From: an uncultured Nitrospiraceae bacterium
GTDB taxonomy: Bacteria; Nitrospirota; Thermodesulfovibrionia; Thermodesulfovibrionales; UBA6898
Length of the DNA stretch: 64,000 bases
Reading direction: 5' to 3'
Assembly (NCBI GenBank): GCA_963811165.1
Contig: CAWEQH010000004.1
Coordinates: forward strand, 800,001 to 864,000
Positions 30,150 to 39,234 of the stretch are shown in pieces. Position 1 is the first letter of the stretch. Every line of letters begins with the position of its first letter. The translations under genes were made by a program, and so were the position numbers. The notes under the pieces are model-generated. The model made no database searches and was not told the origin of the DNA. It saw only the letters and a program-made list of their open reading frames with translations.

Positions 30150-31316
30150 ATGCCGAAAGAATTAGATCAGACAAGAATAACAATCATTAGTGCTGTTCAT
30201 GCGTGGAATGATACGAGAATTTTTTTTAAAGAGGCGATCTCCCTCGCAAAAAAAAATTACACAGTCATTTTGATAGGGATGTCAGATGAAAAAAATATAT
30301 TGTATCGGAATGGCATCAAGGTCTATACGCTGAAAAGAAAACGGAGACATATTCGTTGGGTTAATTGGATTCCAATAATAAAAATAGTATTAAGAGAAAA
30401 AAGTGAGATGATTCATTTCCACGACCCGGAACTCATCTTTGTCGGCATGATCTTGAAACTATGCAATAAAAAAGTGATTTTTGATATTCATGAAGACTTT
30501 GCGAAACAAATTGGCGACAAGGAATGGCTCCCAAAATATATAAGAAAGGTATTTTCTAAAGTTTATAAACATATCGAAAAGTATTTGCCAAAGATATTTG
30601 ATAAAATTATTTTGGCAGAGGATTCTTATCGTCATAATTTTAGCAAATCAAATAATATTTCTATCATTCATAACTTTCCCAGAATACCCTCTTTATATAA
30701 AAAAGACTACAACTCAAGTATATTTAAAATGATTTATGTTGGTGATATTAGAATAATTAGAGGAATTAATGAGTATATTAATATTTTAGAAATGGCATTA
30801 AGGAATTCGTTAGATGTGCAACTCTTAATCGTTGGGAGCTTTGCAGAAAAAAATCTTGAATTGCAGGTGAAAGAAGTAATAAAAGAAAAAGGACTTGTAA
30901 ACAATATAAAATTATTCGGCCGCATACCCAATGAAGAGATATATTCCATATTAATGAATTGTGAAATAGGTTTAGCTTTATTACATCCCGTGCAAAATTA
31001 TTTAAATTCCTATCCAACTAAAATATTTGAATATATGTCTGTTGGATTACCGGTGTTGGCCTCCAATTTTAAATTATGGAAAAACATAATTTTGGAGAAC
31101 GAATGTGGCAAATGCGTCAACCCGCTGATTATCAATGAATCCTACGAAGTAATTAGAGACTATTATTTTTCAGAAGATTTGCGGAGAAAACATGGCATGA
31201 ATGGTCAAATTGCAGTGAGAATGAAATATAATTGGGGAAATGAAGAGAAATTGCTGTACGAGGCTTATGATAACCTAAAATTAAAAAAAAATAATTTTCT
31301 TTTCACTGTTTTTTAA
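30150..31316 (+). CDS. Glycosyltransferase family 4 (AT-rich gene)
   Basis: H..DTRIF, HFHDPEL, DIHED, PTKIFEYM. Confidence 0.9.
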   Translation: MPKELDQTRITIISAVHAWNDTRIFFKEAISLAKKNYTVILIGMSDEKNILYRNGIKVYTLKRKRRHIRWVNWIPIIKIVLREKSEMIHFHDPELIFVGMILKLCNKKVIFDIHEDFAKQIGDKEWLPKYIRKVFSKVYKHIEKYLPKIFDKIILAEDSYRHNFSKSNNISIIHNFPRIPSLYKKDYNSSIFKMIYVGDIRIIRGINEYINILEMALRNSLDVQLLIVGSFAEKNLELQVKEVIKEKGLVNNIKLFGRIPNEEIYSILMNCEIGLALLHPVQNYLNSYPTKIFEYMSVGLPVLASNFKLWKNIILENECGKCVNPLIINESYEVIRDYYFSEDLRRKHGMNGQIAVRMKYNWGNEEKLLYEAYDNLKLKKNNFLFTVF

Positions 31317-31546
31317 ATAGTTCTTTTGATAGACTAGCACATAGTGACGTAATTAAGCGAATCTTGCAGCATTGTTATGTTTGAATATATTCTCTTGTTT
31401 TGAATTTTTTGAAGAAGAATATTGAGTACAAATTGGGTGATGCAAATCACAGTAACTTTGGCTCTTTTTCCATAAGATTTAACATGGAGAGTTGTTAAAG
31501 ATTGTGACGATACGATGAATGTCACTCATGGAAAGGAATTTACATA

Positions 31547-33049
31547 ATGAAAGTAGAAATTAGTGGTGGTGTAATGTCAAGAGTCTTGCTTTTGTGTCTT
31601 TCAATTTTTTTCCATTTGAACGCATTAAATCCTGCAAACGCCCAGACCACTGGAGGGGTGAACTGGCTTGATCCACTTCAATATACAAAACCTCAGTTTA
31701 TTCCTTTAACTGTGCCTGATGAGGCAACCTGCCCGAACAAGTATTATGTTGACCATGTGAACGGGTCGGGTAGTACCTGTTCACAGGCTTCACCTTGTAA
31801 AACTGTTCAGACTGTTTGCGGGAAGACTGGTACAACGGGAGGCCCTGCCTATATTTACGTTAAGGGGAACACTAATAATTTCACTATAAACGGGACGTGT
31901 TATGGTTCGGCGGGTAATGAGATAGTGATAAAACCATGGCCTACTGATACTACATCAGTTTATACTTTCACTGGAACAGCTTCAAGTACATGGAATATCA
32001 TAGGTGTTTGGGATGGAGGGACAACAACCGTTCACCACATAATAATAGATGGTGGGCCAAATCTTCAGTTTGAATGGATTAATTTGGGTTCGGACTACAA
32101 CAATTCTACTGCTTTGGTCATAGGTGCAAGTAATATTACGATAGCAAGAACAAGAATAAGATTCCCGTCCGCTCCTGGAGCTGGTATCAGTCCTTGCACA
32201 ACCTATAGTAAGGACTGGGTGTGTGATAGCGTCAAGATAATTAACAATGAGTTTTATGATGGTATGCATCAGGCTCAAGGGTCTGTTAATGAACAGAATT
32301 ATGGGATATATGCGGGCAATCTGGGGCCGTGTGGTGCGAATATAGGACAGATAACGAATCTGTATATCCAGAATAATATCTTCCATAACTTAGGTTCGTT
32401 GGGTATACAAGTGGAACCGAGGAAGTCAACTAATGGGGCTTATATATCAGGAAATGCCTTCCATGATTTAGGAATGTTATCCTGCGGAAGCCAATGGAAT
32501 TGCCGACCAGCAATATCTATTGCCGATTCCTGTGGTGCAAACAATACAAATATCAATATCTATAACAATCTTATGTGGAATATCGCTGATGCCTGTATAT
32601 GGGCTTTCGGTACTACTGGTTATGTCTACAATAACACTTGCTATAATTACGCTCAAGGAACAAGTGGGGGTAATGGTATTCAATTTAATGATTTTGTTGC
32701 AGGATATGGTGGATCGTTGGGTGGTGTAACTGTTGAAAATAATATTGCTTATAAATCCGGTGGAGGATGGTTAAATGGAACTCCAAAAGCACAAAGTAAT
32801 AATATTTGTGCTTCAGGGTGTCCTATAACATGGAACTCTAATACAGTTCTCTCTACAGACCAGACTAGTTCAAACTTTCTCAAGATTGGACCTAATTCTA
32901 ATGCGGTGAATCAAGGGGTCAATGTTGGCATCCTAACGGCCTACAATGGTGCCTCAAGACTCAATCTAAATGGTGCTTATGACATCGGAGCTTTTGCATA
33001 CAGGCTGGACAATGAACCAGAACCACCATTTATTCAGAATATACAATAG
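31547..33049 (+). CDS. Secreted right-handed parallel beta-helix protein (pectin-lyase-like) with choice-of-anchor-Q-like end
   Basis: Signal peptide ending ANA; YYVD; repeated I.NN.F/YNN coils; SNAVNQG...YDIGAFAY. Confidence 0.75.
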   Translation: MKVEISGGVMSRVLLLCLSIFFHLNALNPANAQTTGGVNWLDPLQYTKPQFIPLTVPDEATCPNKYYVDHVNGSGSTCSQASPCKTVQTVCGKTGTTGGPAYIYVKGNTNNFTINGTCYGSAGNEIVIKPWPTDTTSVYTFTGTASSTWNIIGVWDGGTTTVHHIIIDGGPNLQFEWINLGSDYNNSTALVIGASNITIARTRIRFPSAPGAGISPCTTYSKDWVCDSVKIINNEFYDGMHQAQGSVNEQNYGIYAGNLGPCGANIGQITNLYIQNNIFHNLGSLGIQVEPRKSTNGAYISGNAFHDLGMLSCGSQWNCRPAISIADSCGANNTNINIYNNLMWNIADACIWAFGTTGYVYNNTCYNYAQGTSGGNGIQFNDFVAGYGGSLGGVTVENNIAYKSGGGWLNGTPKAQSNNICASGCPITWNSNTVLSTDQTSSNFLKIGPNSNAVNQGVNVGILTAYNGASRLNLNGAYDIGAFAYRLDNEPEPPFIQNIQ

Positions 33050-33074
33050 ATCCGTCTATACATAATCAGAGTCG

Positions 33075-33102
33075 GAAGGGGCTTTAGCATAAAAGCCCCT
33101 TC
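33075..33102 (+). terminator. Hairpin after the beta-helix gene, possible terminator
   Basis: GAAGGGGCTTT-loop-AAAGCCCCTTC; no clear U-tract. Confidence 0.5.
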
Positions 33103-33319
33103 GCCGGCTGAAAATTCTCTAGTACATCTCTAAGAAAAAGGCTTAAAGAGAGGTCCTGTTAAACAGTGTTTCGGCCTTTAAGATTTTAGGTCCACAGGCG
33201 CCCGCCTGACATTAATGAAGCTATCTCCTCCCTGGCGGATTTCTGAAAGAAACCCATTAACTCCCTAAAAAAATGTTCTGATGCATGACGACTTTCTTTA
33301 AAGAACGCCATCCAGTAAT

Positions 33320-34162
33320 GTGAATAAGAAGAGGTTTGTTTCTCGGGGATGCACCGTAATTATTTCTCTTTTTCTGGTATTCATTATTTACGGTGTCCGG
33401 ATCGAGCCGTACCAACTGGAAGTTCATCACGTACGGATACGGGATAAATATTTAGGAAAAGTTCTCGGACAGAAAGTTGTTATACAACTTTCCGACCTTC
33501 ATATAGGCAAGATCGGAAGGCGCGAACAGGCGGTTCTCAGGATCTTAGGTGAACTCAAACCAGATTTCATTTTTCTGACCGGCGATTATGTACAATGGGA
33601 CGGAGATTATAAGGCTGCCTTAATTTTCCTGTCTCATTTGAAGGCTACCATGGGTATCTGGGCTGTGATGGGTGATTATGATTACAGCCGTTCCCGGCAG
33701 AGTTGTTTCTTTTGTCACGAAGAGGGAACGGGGACCCCTTCCCGGCGCCATATGGTGAAGTTTTTAAGAAATACGGTCGAACAAGTCAATCTTCCAGGTG
33801 GGCCTCTTTTTGTCGGGGGTGTAGACGTGACGGGGGAGGGTGACCTTTCATCTCCCGGAGGCTCTTTTTTGCAGGAAGTGAAAGGGCCTGCCATCATCCT
33901 CAGTCACAATCCCCTGTCATTCAAGTTTTTGAATGACAGTCAGAATGTGCTTATGCTTGCGGGTGACACTCACGGAGGGCAGATACCACTGCCGGCGTGG
34001 TTATTCGGGATATTGGGACACGAAAAGAATGCCCGCTATAGCCAGGGACTTTTTGAAGTACGTCAGAAAAAGATGTTCGTAAGCCGTGGGATCGGCACAA
34101 GTCATCTCCCCATCCGCATCTTCAGACGACCCGAGGTTGTGATATTGCATTTCCAGCAATAG
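33320..34162 (+). CDS. YkuE-like calcineurin-type metallophosphoesterase with atypical active site and a CxxCH motif
   Basis: SDLH, TGDY, LSHNP, THGGQ, SRGIG; GNHD is replaced by GDYD and GHTH by GDTH. Confidence 0.8.
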   Translation: MNKKRFVSRGCTVIISLFLVFIIYGVRIEPYQLEVHHVRIRDKYLGKVLGQKVVIQLSDLHIGKIGRREQAVLRILGELKPDFIFLTGDYVQWDGDYKAALIFLSHLKATMGIWAVMGDYDYSRSRQSCFFCHEEGTGTPSRRHMVKFLRNTVEQVNLPGGPLFVGGVDVTGEGDLSSPGGSFLQEVKGPAIILSHNPLSFKFLNDSQNVLMLAGDTHGGQIPLPAWLFGILGHEKNARYSQGLFEVRQKKMFVSRGIGTSHLPIRIFRRPEVVILHFQQ

Positions 34163-34187
34163 ATTTTGGAACAGGGACAAGAAATTA

Positions 34188-34739
34188 ATGAGGAGCCCAC
34201 TATGGAGCTTCGGGTTGATTATGATTTTTTCCGTATTACTGCTGCACTGTCATGGAGCCAGCCCAAAGGAGCTTGTACTCTTTGATTTTGAATCCGATTC
34301 GGAATTGGATCAGCTTGAGTGGAAATGTCATACCCTGTATTCCTTGTCGGATGAACATTTGACCCATGGCCGCAAATCACTAAGAATAGAACTCTACCCT
34401 TCCGATTATCCAGGGTTAACTCCCATTCTCAAAGAGAATGACTGGAGCGGCTACGGAGCGCTCTGTTTCGATGCCTACAATCCTCAAAAAAGCGTCTTAC
34501 CGATGATCGTAAGGATCGACGATCAGAGACAATATTCCATCTATGAAGACCGGTTTAATAAAAAAGTTCCGCTTCGGCCCGGTATGAATCACATCAGCAT
34601 ACCACTGAACACGCTTTTGACTTCGGGAACGAGGAGAAGACTGAATGTGACAAGTATTTCGAGGGTTTTATTTTTTTTGCCGCATCCTTCTGAACGGATA
34701 GTTCTCTATCTGGACTATCTAAGACTTTCAAGTAGGTAA
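34188..34739 (+). CDS. Small exported protein, putative carbohydrate-binding jelly-roll domain
   Basis: Signal peptide; LFDFES...THGRKSL...DWSGY..L...YLDYLRL pattern. Confidence 0.55.
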   Translation: MRSPLWSFGLIMIFSVLLLHCHGASPKELVLFDFESDSELDQLEWKCHTLYSLSDEHLTHGRKSLRIELYPSDYPGLTPILKENDWSGYGALCFDAYNPQKSVLPMIVRIDDQRQYSIYEDRFNKKVPLRPGMNHISIPLNTLLTSGTRRRLNVTSISRVLFFLPHPSERIVLYLDYLRLSSR

Positions 34740-34918
34740 TAGAAGATCCTCATTCTCATCTTTGATATCAACATCAAGAAGTTATTGATAATTTTACCAA
34801 AAGAGCCTATGCGTGATTTTTTGGAGATGAACAGAAGAATCATTTTGTACGGCGAGGTTTGCGTCTGTGCGAATTGACTCGAAAACAAAATTGCTGATAT
34901 GAGACCGAAAAGACCTTT

Positions 34919-36949
34919 TTGTTTAATATGATTGACTCCGGGACCATTATCGAGGCGAGAAATTGTATTTCTCATCTCGCAAAGTTTGATTTCTCAGTAT
35001 ACGACAGTATGGGCCGTTTGCTTGTCCCTTCGGTCGCCCGAGATAAAATCAGAGACGCTTTGCTTTCATCGGAGTCAGGAAAGAGGGAGCAGGAACGCTT
35101 TATAAAAAGCGGGATACAGAAGGCGATCATCAGGAAAAAACCCTCCGTATTCAAGGGGCCTGCGAACCAATATCATTTTTTTATTCCGGTGCCGGCCGGA
35201 GATAAGGCTTTAGTTTTTGTGGGGATTGCTTTTTACACATCTATCGAGGATCTGGACGATTTTTTTATCAAGAAAAGCCCTGACTTCGGGGTATCTTTAG
35301 AGGTTATCGCGGCATTGTTGAAAAAAATCGTTTTAACCGATATGGATGAAGCCTTGAATCTCTCAATCGACGTCCAGCGGATATTCAATATTATCGTCAG
35401 GGATAATCTCGGCAAGAATGCCGCAACAGATAAATATAGGCATATGGTTACTGTAATGGAACTTTTTTCCGATCTCGACAGGGACATCAATGAAGAGAAG
35501 CTTTACGATTTGCTCGCTGAGGCGATACTCTTGCTTTACGGCGGAGACACGGTTTCCTTTGCGGTCGCGAATCACGAGAGTTTCTTGCCGACAATAGCAA
35601 AAGGGCGGTTCAAGGATCAGATTATTTCCCGCTCTTTGAAAGCTGATAGCGTTCTTATCTCAAAAGTTCTGAAGAGGCGAAGACCTGTCATGACCAGGGA
35701 CACAATCGAATTGCTGCGGCTCGGATATCCCGATGATATATCGTCTTTACATATTTTTCCCCTCTTACAACGAGATAAGATCTTAGGTCTGTTGAACGTT
35801 TTCAATGGCAGATTTAAAGAGGATGAGATCAATGCCATATCGAGACTATGCGGATTCTTTGTCTTTCTGTTGCGGTCTATCGCTACCCAAAAGACGCTCA
35901 GCGAGCACATCAATGGTCTCACTGCCATGAATTTTGTCTTAGACCTGAATACGGAGTTTCAGGATCCCGATACTCTTTATCAATCGATTGTCGATGTCTC
36001 TTCCAAACTGGTGAGGGCGGAGAGAGTTTCACTCATGCTTCCTGAGGCAAAAAAGGGAGAGCTTCTGATTAAAGCGGTGAGAGGGATGAACAAGGCGATC
36101 GCAAGGAATATAAGGATAACGGTTGGAGCGGGCATTGCGGGTAGTGTATTTGAAAGAGGAAAACCCCTTATCGTTAGTGATATCGAGAGACACCTGTCAA
36201 CACAGAGGGGGCCAACTTACAGAACCGGGGCCTTTATCAGTATGCCCTTGAAGATTGGGAATGAGGCCATCGGTGTCCTCAACTTTGCCGACAGAACCGA
36301 TCGCGACGTATTTTCGAAGGCTGACATGGTTTTTCTGAATTACTTTGTGTCGTATGTCTCCATCGTGATTAAGGGGGCGCAGTACTACCAGATGTCTGAG
36401 GAGATGAGAACTCTTTCCATCACCGATTCGCTGACTGGATTATTCAACCGAAGATATTTTGATGAACGCCTGTTCGAAGAGTTACAGCGTGCGGTGCGCT
36501 ATGACGCCAAGTTTTCCCTTGCAATCATGGATGTCGATGACTTTAAGTTGTTCAATGACTCCGAAGGGCATCTTGCAGGCGATAAGGTTTTAAATGCGAT
36601 AGCAGAAATATCGAGAGAATCTCTCAGGTCAATTGATATTATCGCCAGATTCGGAGGTGAAGAGTTTGCTATCATCATGCCGCAGACCGACAGGGAGGAG
36701 GCTTTTCTTGTAGCAGAGAGAGTCAGGAAAAATATCAGAGAACTCGTGCCGGCGACTTGGAAGAACTTCCCGCGTGAATGCCTGACGGTGAGCATGGGCG
36801 TAGCAACTTTACCCGCAGATTGCAAAGATGCAAAAACGTTGATCAATAATGTAGATAAGGCGCTTTACAGAGCGAAGATGCAGGGAAAAGACAGGACTGT
36901 CATCTCGGGTGAGGGGGATCCGATGAGGCGTAAAGAAGTAGGGCCCTAG
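34919..36949 (+). CDS. Sensor diguanylate cyclase (N-terminal sensor, two GAF domains, GGEEF domain)
   Basis: DSLTGLFNRR, DVDDFK.FND..GH..GD, RSID I-site, RFGGEEF. Confidence 0.92.
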   Translation: MFNMIDSGTIIEARNCISHLAKFDFSVYDSMGRLLVPSVARDKIRDALLSSESGKREQERFIKSGIQKAIIRKKPSVFKGPANQYHFFIPVPAGDKALVFVGIAFYTSIEDLDDFFIKKSPDFGVSLEVIAALLKKIVLTDMDEALNLSIDVQRIFNIIVRDNLGKNAATDKYRHMVTVMELFSDLDRDINEEKLYDLLAEAILLLYGGDTVSFAVANHESFLPTIAKGRFKDQIISRSLKADSVLISKVLKRRRPVMTRDTIELLRLGYPDDISSLHIFPLLQRDKILGLLNVFNGRFKEDEINAISRLCGFFVFLLRSIATQKTLSEHINGLTAMNFVLDLNTEFQDPDTLYQSIVDVSSKLVRAERVSLMLPEAKKGELLIKAVRGMNKAIARNIRITVGAGIAGSVFERGKPLIVSDIERHLSTQRGPTYRTGAFISMPLKIGNEAIGVLNFADRTDRDVFSKADMVFLNYFVSYVSIVIKGAQYYQMSEEMRTLSITDSLTGLFNRRYFDERLFEELQRAVRYDAKFSLAIMDVDDFKLFNDSEGHLAGDKVLNAIAEISRESLRSIDIIARFGGEEFAIIMPQTDREEAFLVAERVRKNIRELVPATWKNFPRECLTVSMGVATLPADCKDAKTLINNVDKALYRAKMQGKDRTVISGEGDPMRRKEVGP

Positions 36950-37307
36950 GCTGTGGCATGTTTAGTCTCTTATTAAATATTTCATGCAATGGTCACTCTG
37001 AAAGAAAATCAGTGAAATCAGAGGCATGGGTGCGACTCCGTCTTATAAGGACACTTATAGGATCAATGCTTTTTTTTCAATATCGAAGTTGAGTAAAATA
37101 ACGTTGTTTCTCATATTGATATGGAGGCGGGAGAGGATCCGAACCGGTTCGAATGCCTTCTGCGAACTTCTCGGTATTTGACGGATCGCGATAATTCGGA
37201 TGCTGAGAGGTCAGAACTTATTGCAAGACTTTAAGAAGAGTTTTTTTGTTTGACTGAGAAAAAAAGTGGGGGGTACCCCTCTATCTTTCTGAAGGAAGGA
37301 GAATCGC

Positions 37308-38615
37308 ATGGACCTGTTGGATAAGATCAAAAATCGCCTGGCGACCATCGGCGTAATTGGACTCGGCTATGTCGGACTGCCCCTCATCATTGAATTCGGG
37401 AAAGCCGGATTTGAAGTAATCGGTTTCGATACTGATGCCGATAAGATTAGGAGGCTCTACGGAGGCAGGTCATATATCAAACACATCCCGTCCAGGGAAA
37501 TAAAGGGATTAAACAATAGCGGAAGATTCAGGGCAACGACGGATTTTTCTCTCCTCAGAGATACGGATTGTGTTGTCATATGTGTCCCTACCCCCCTCAC
37601 CAAACACAGGGAACCCGACCTTTCTTATGTCCTGAAAACTGCAGAGACCATCGCGAAGCATCTGCGAGAAGGACAACTTGTTGTGCTTGAGTCAACGACG
37701 TACCCTGGGACTACCGATGAAGATATGAGGCCTTTGCTTGAATCAACAGGTTTGAAGGCAGGCAAGGACTTTTATCTTGCCTTCTCTCCCGAAAGGGAGG
37801 ACCCAAACAACAAATCTTTTTCTACCAGGACAATTCCGAAGATAGTGGGTGGGTATACCAAGAGCTGTCTTCGGATTGCGAATGCCTTATACAGTACTGT
37901 CATGGAAAAAACAGTGCCCGTCTCTTCAACAAGGGTGGCTGAGGCTGCGAAACTTCTCGAAAACATTTACAGAGCCGTAAACATTGCCCTTGTAAATGAG
38001 TTGAAGGTCCTTTTTGACAGGATGGAGATAGACGTGTGCGAGGTCATCGACGCAGCGAAAACAAAACCCTTCGGCTTCCAGGCTTTTTATCCGGGCCCGG
38101 GATTGGGAGGGCATTGTATACCCATAGACCCCTTCTACCTCACCTGGAAGGCGAGGGAGTACGGCTTCAGCACCAAATTTATTGAGCTGGCCGGCGAGAT
38201 TAATACCTCAATGCCTCATTATGTTGTTGAAAAAGTCATAGACGCTTTGAATAAAAACGGCACGAGTATAAAATCCGCCAAACTCCTCATCTTGGGCCTC
38301 GCTTATAAAAAAGATGTGGATGATACCCGCGAATCGCCGTCTTTAAAATTGATAGAACTCCTGAGGGAAAAGGGCGCCAGGGTCGATTACAACGACCCCT
38401 ATATACCGAAGACCCGCAAGATGCGGTCATACGACTTGAAAATGAGTTCCGTGCCGGTTACCAAGAAAGGCCTGAAGCGCTATGATTGTGTGATTATCGC
38501 AACCGATCATTCCACTTATGATTATGAGTTGATCGTAGAAAACGCCAAATGTGTCGTTGATACCCGAAACGCTACCGGCAGAATGGGAAAAAAGGACAGC
38601 GTAATTAAGGCTTAG
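37308..38615 (+). CDS. wbpA: UDP-GlcNAc/UDP-ManNAc 6-dehydrogenase (WbpA-like)
   Basis: GLGYVG, ESTTYPG, FSPEREDP, GGHCIPIDPFYL, DDTRESP. Confidence 0.88.
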   Translation: MDLLDKIKNRLATIGVIGLGYVGLPLIIEFGKAGFEVIGFDTDADKIRRLYGGRSYIKHIPSREIKGLNNSGRFRATTDFSLLRDTDCVVICVPTPLTKHREPDLSYVLKTAETIAKHLREGQLVVLESTTYPGTTDEDMRPLLESTGLKAGKDFYLAFSPEREDPNNKSFSTRTIPKIVGGYTKSCLRIANALYSTVMEKTVPVSSTRVAEAAKLLENIYRAVNIALVNELKVLFDRMEIDVCEVIDAAKTKPFGFQAFYPGPGLGGHCIPIDPFYLTWKAREYGFSTKFIELAGEINTSMPHYVVEKVIDALNKNGTSIKSAKLLILGLAYKKDVDDTRESPSLKLIELLREKGARVDYNDPYIPKTRKMRSYDLKMSSVPVTKKGLKRYDCVIIATDHSTYDYELIVENAKCVVDTRNATGRMGKKDSVIKA

Positions 38616-38677
38616 TCCGTATCCCTAGCGTTCGTCACAGTTTCTTGACGACCGACAAATCTTCAGCATTTTGCGTG

Positions 38678-38717
38678 AAATTCCCTCCAACCGATTGAGG
38701 TTAGGAGGGAATTTTTT
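38678..38717 (+). terminator. Intrinsic terminator after wbpA
   Basis: AAATTCCCTCC...GGAGGGAATTT followed by a T run. Confidence 0.8.
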
Positions 38718-38857
38718 TCTCATTATGTAATCTAGCCGTAAGACTTTGATTTTACTGGAAAAGTGATGCAAATCACATCTTTTCCCTTGCTTCCCCAGTA
38801 CGATAACAGCATGAAGAGCATTTTCTCTTCATGAGGTCTTTGATATAAAGGTTGCAC

Positions 38858-38955
38858 GTTTCCGAAAAGGTAAACTCTGGGTAACCAGGGGGCACAAAGT
38901 CACGGGTCCTTTCTGAGGAATCTGCCTGAAGGGATGGCCGGTCCGCCGAAGAAAC
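38858..38955 (+). ncRNA. c-di-GMP-I (GEMM) riboswitch 1
   Basis: GGTAAA-CTCTGG-GTAA-CCAGGG-GGCACAAAG P2 with GNRA loop; P3 ending CCGAA; P1 GTTTC/GAAAC. The base of P3 pairs poorly. Confidence 0.82.
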
Positions 38956-38991
38956 AGCACTTCCGGATTTTATCTTTTTAGGAAAAATGCG

Positions 38992-39028
38992 AAAGGCCTG
39001 TTTCCCTTTGAGGAAACAGGCCTTTTTT
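38992..39028 (+). terminator. Riboswitch 1 expression-platform terminator
   Basis: AAAGGCCTGTTTCC-CTTTGA-GGAAACAGGCCTTT plus T run. Confidence 0.9.
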
Positions 39029-39234
39029 ATTATTTTTTTGAGTATTAGATTAAAAAAAATTCATCATTTCTTAATCGTAATTTAATGTTTCTTCTGTAAT
39101 GTCAATGGGCGACGTTAGAGGTGATGATAATGGAGCAAAGAATAATGAATGCAAAAAGGATGGCTATGTCGCTCAACGAAAGACTGCCAAACTCAGCTTT
39201 AATGTTACTGAGCGAAAATCACAGAGGTATACGC

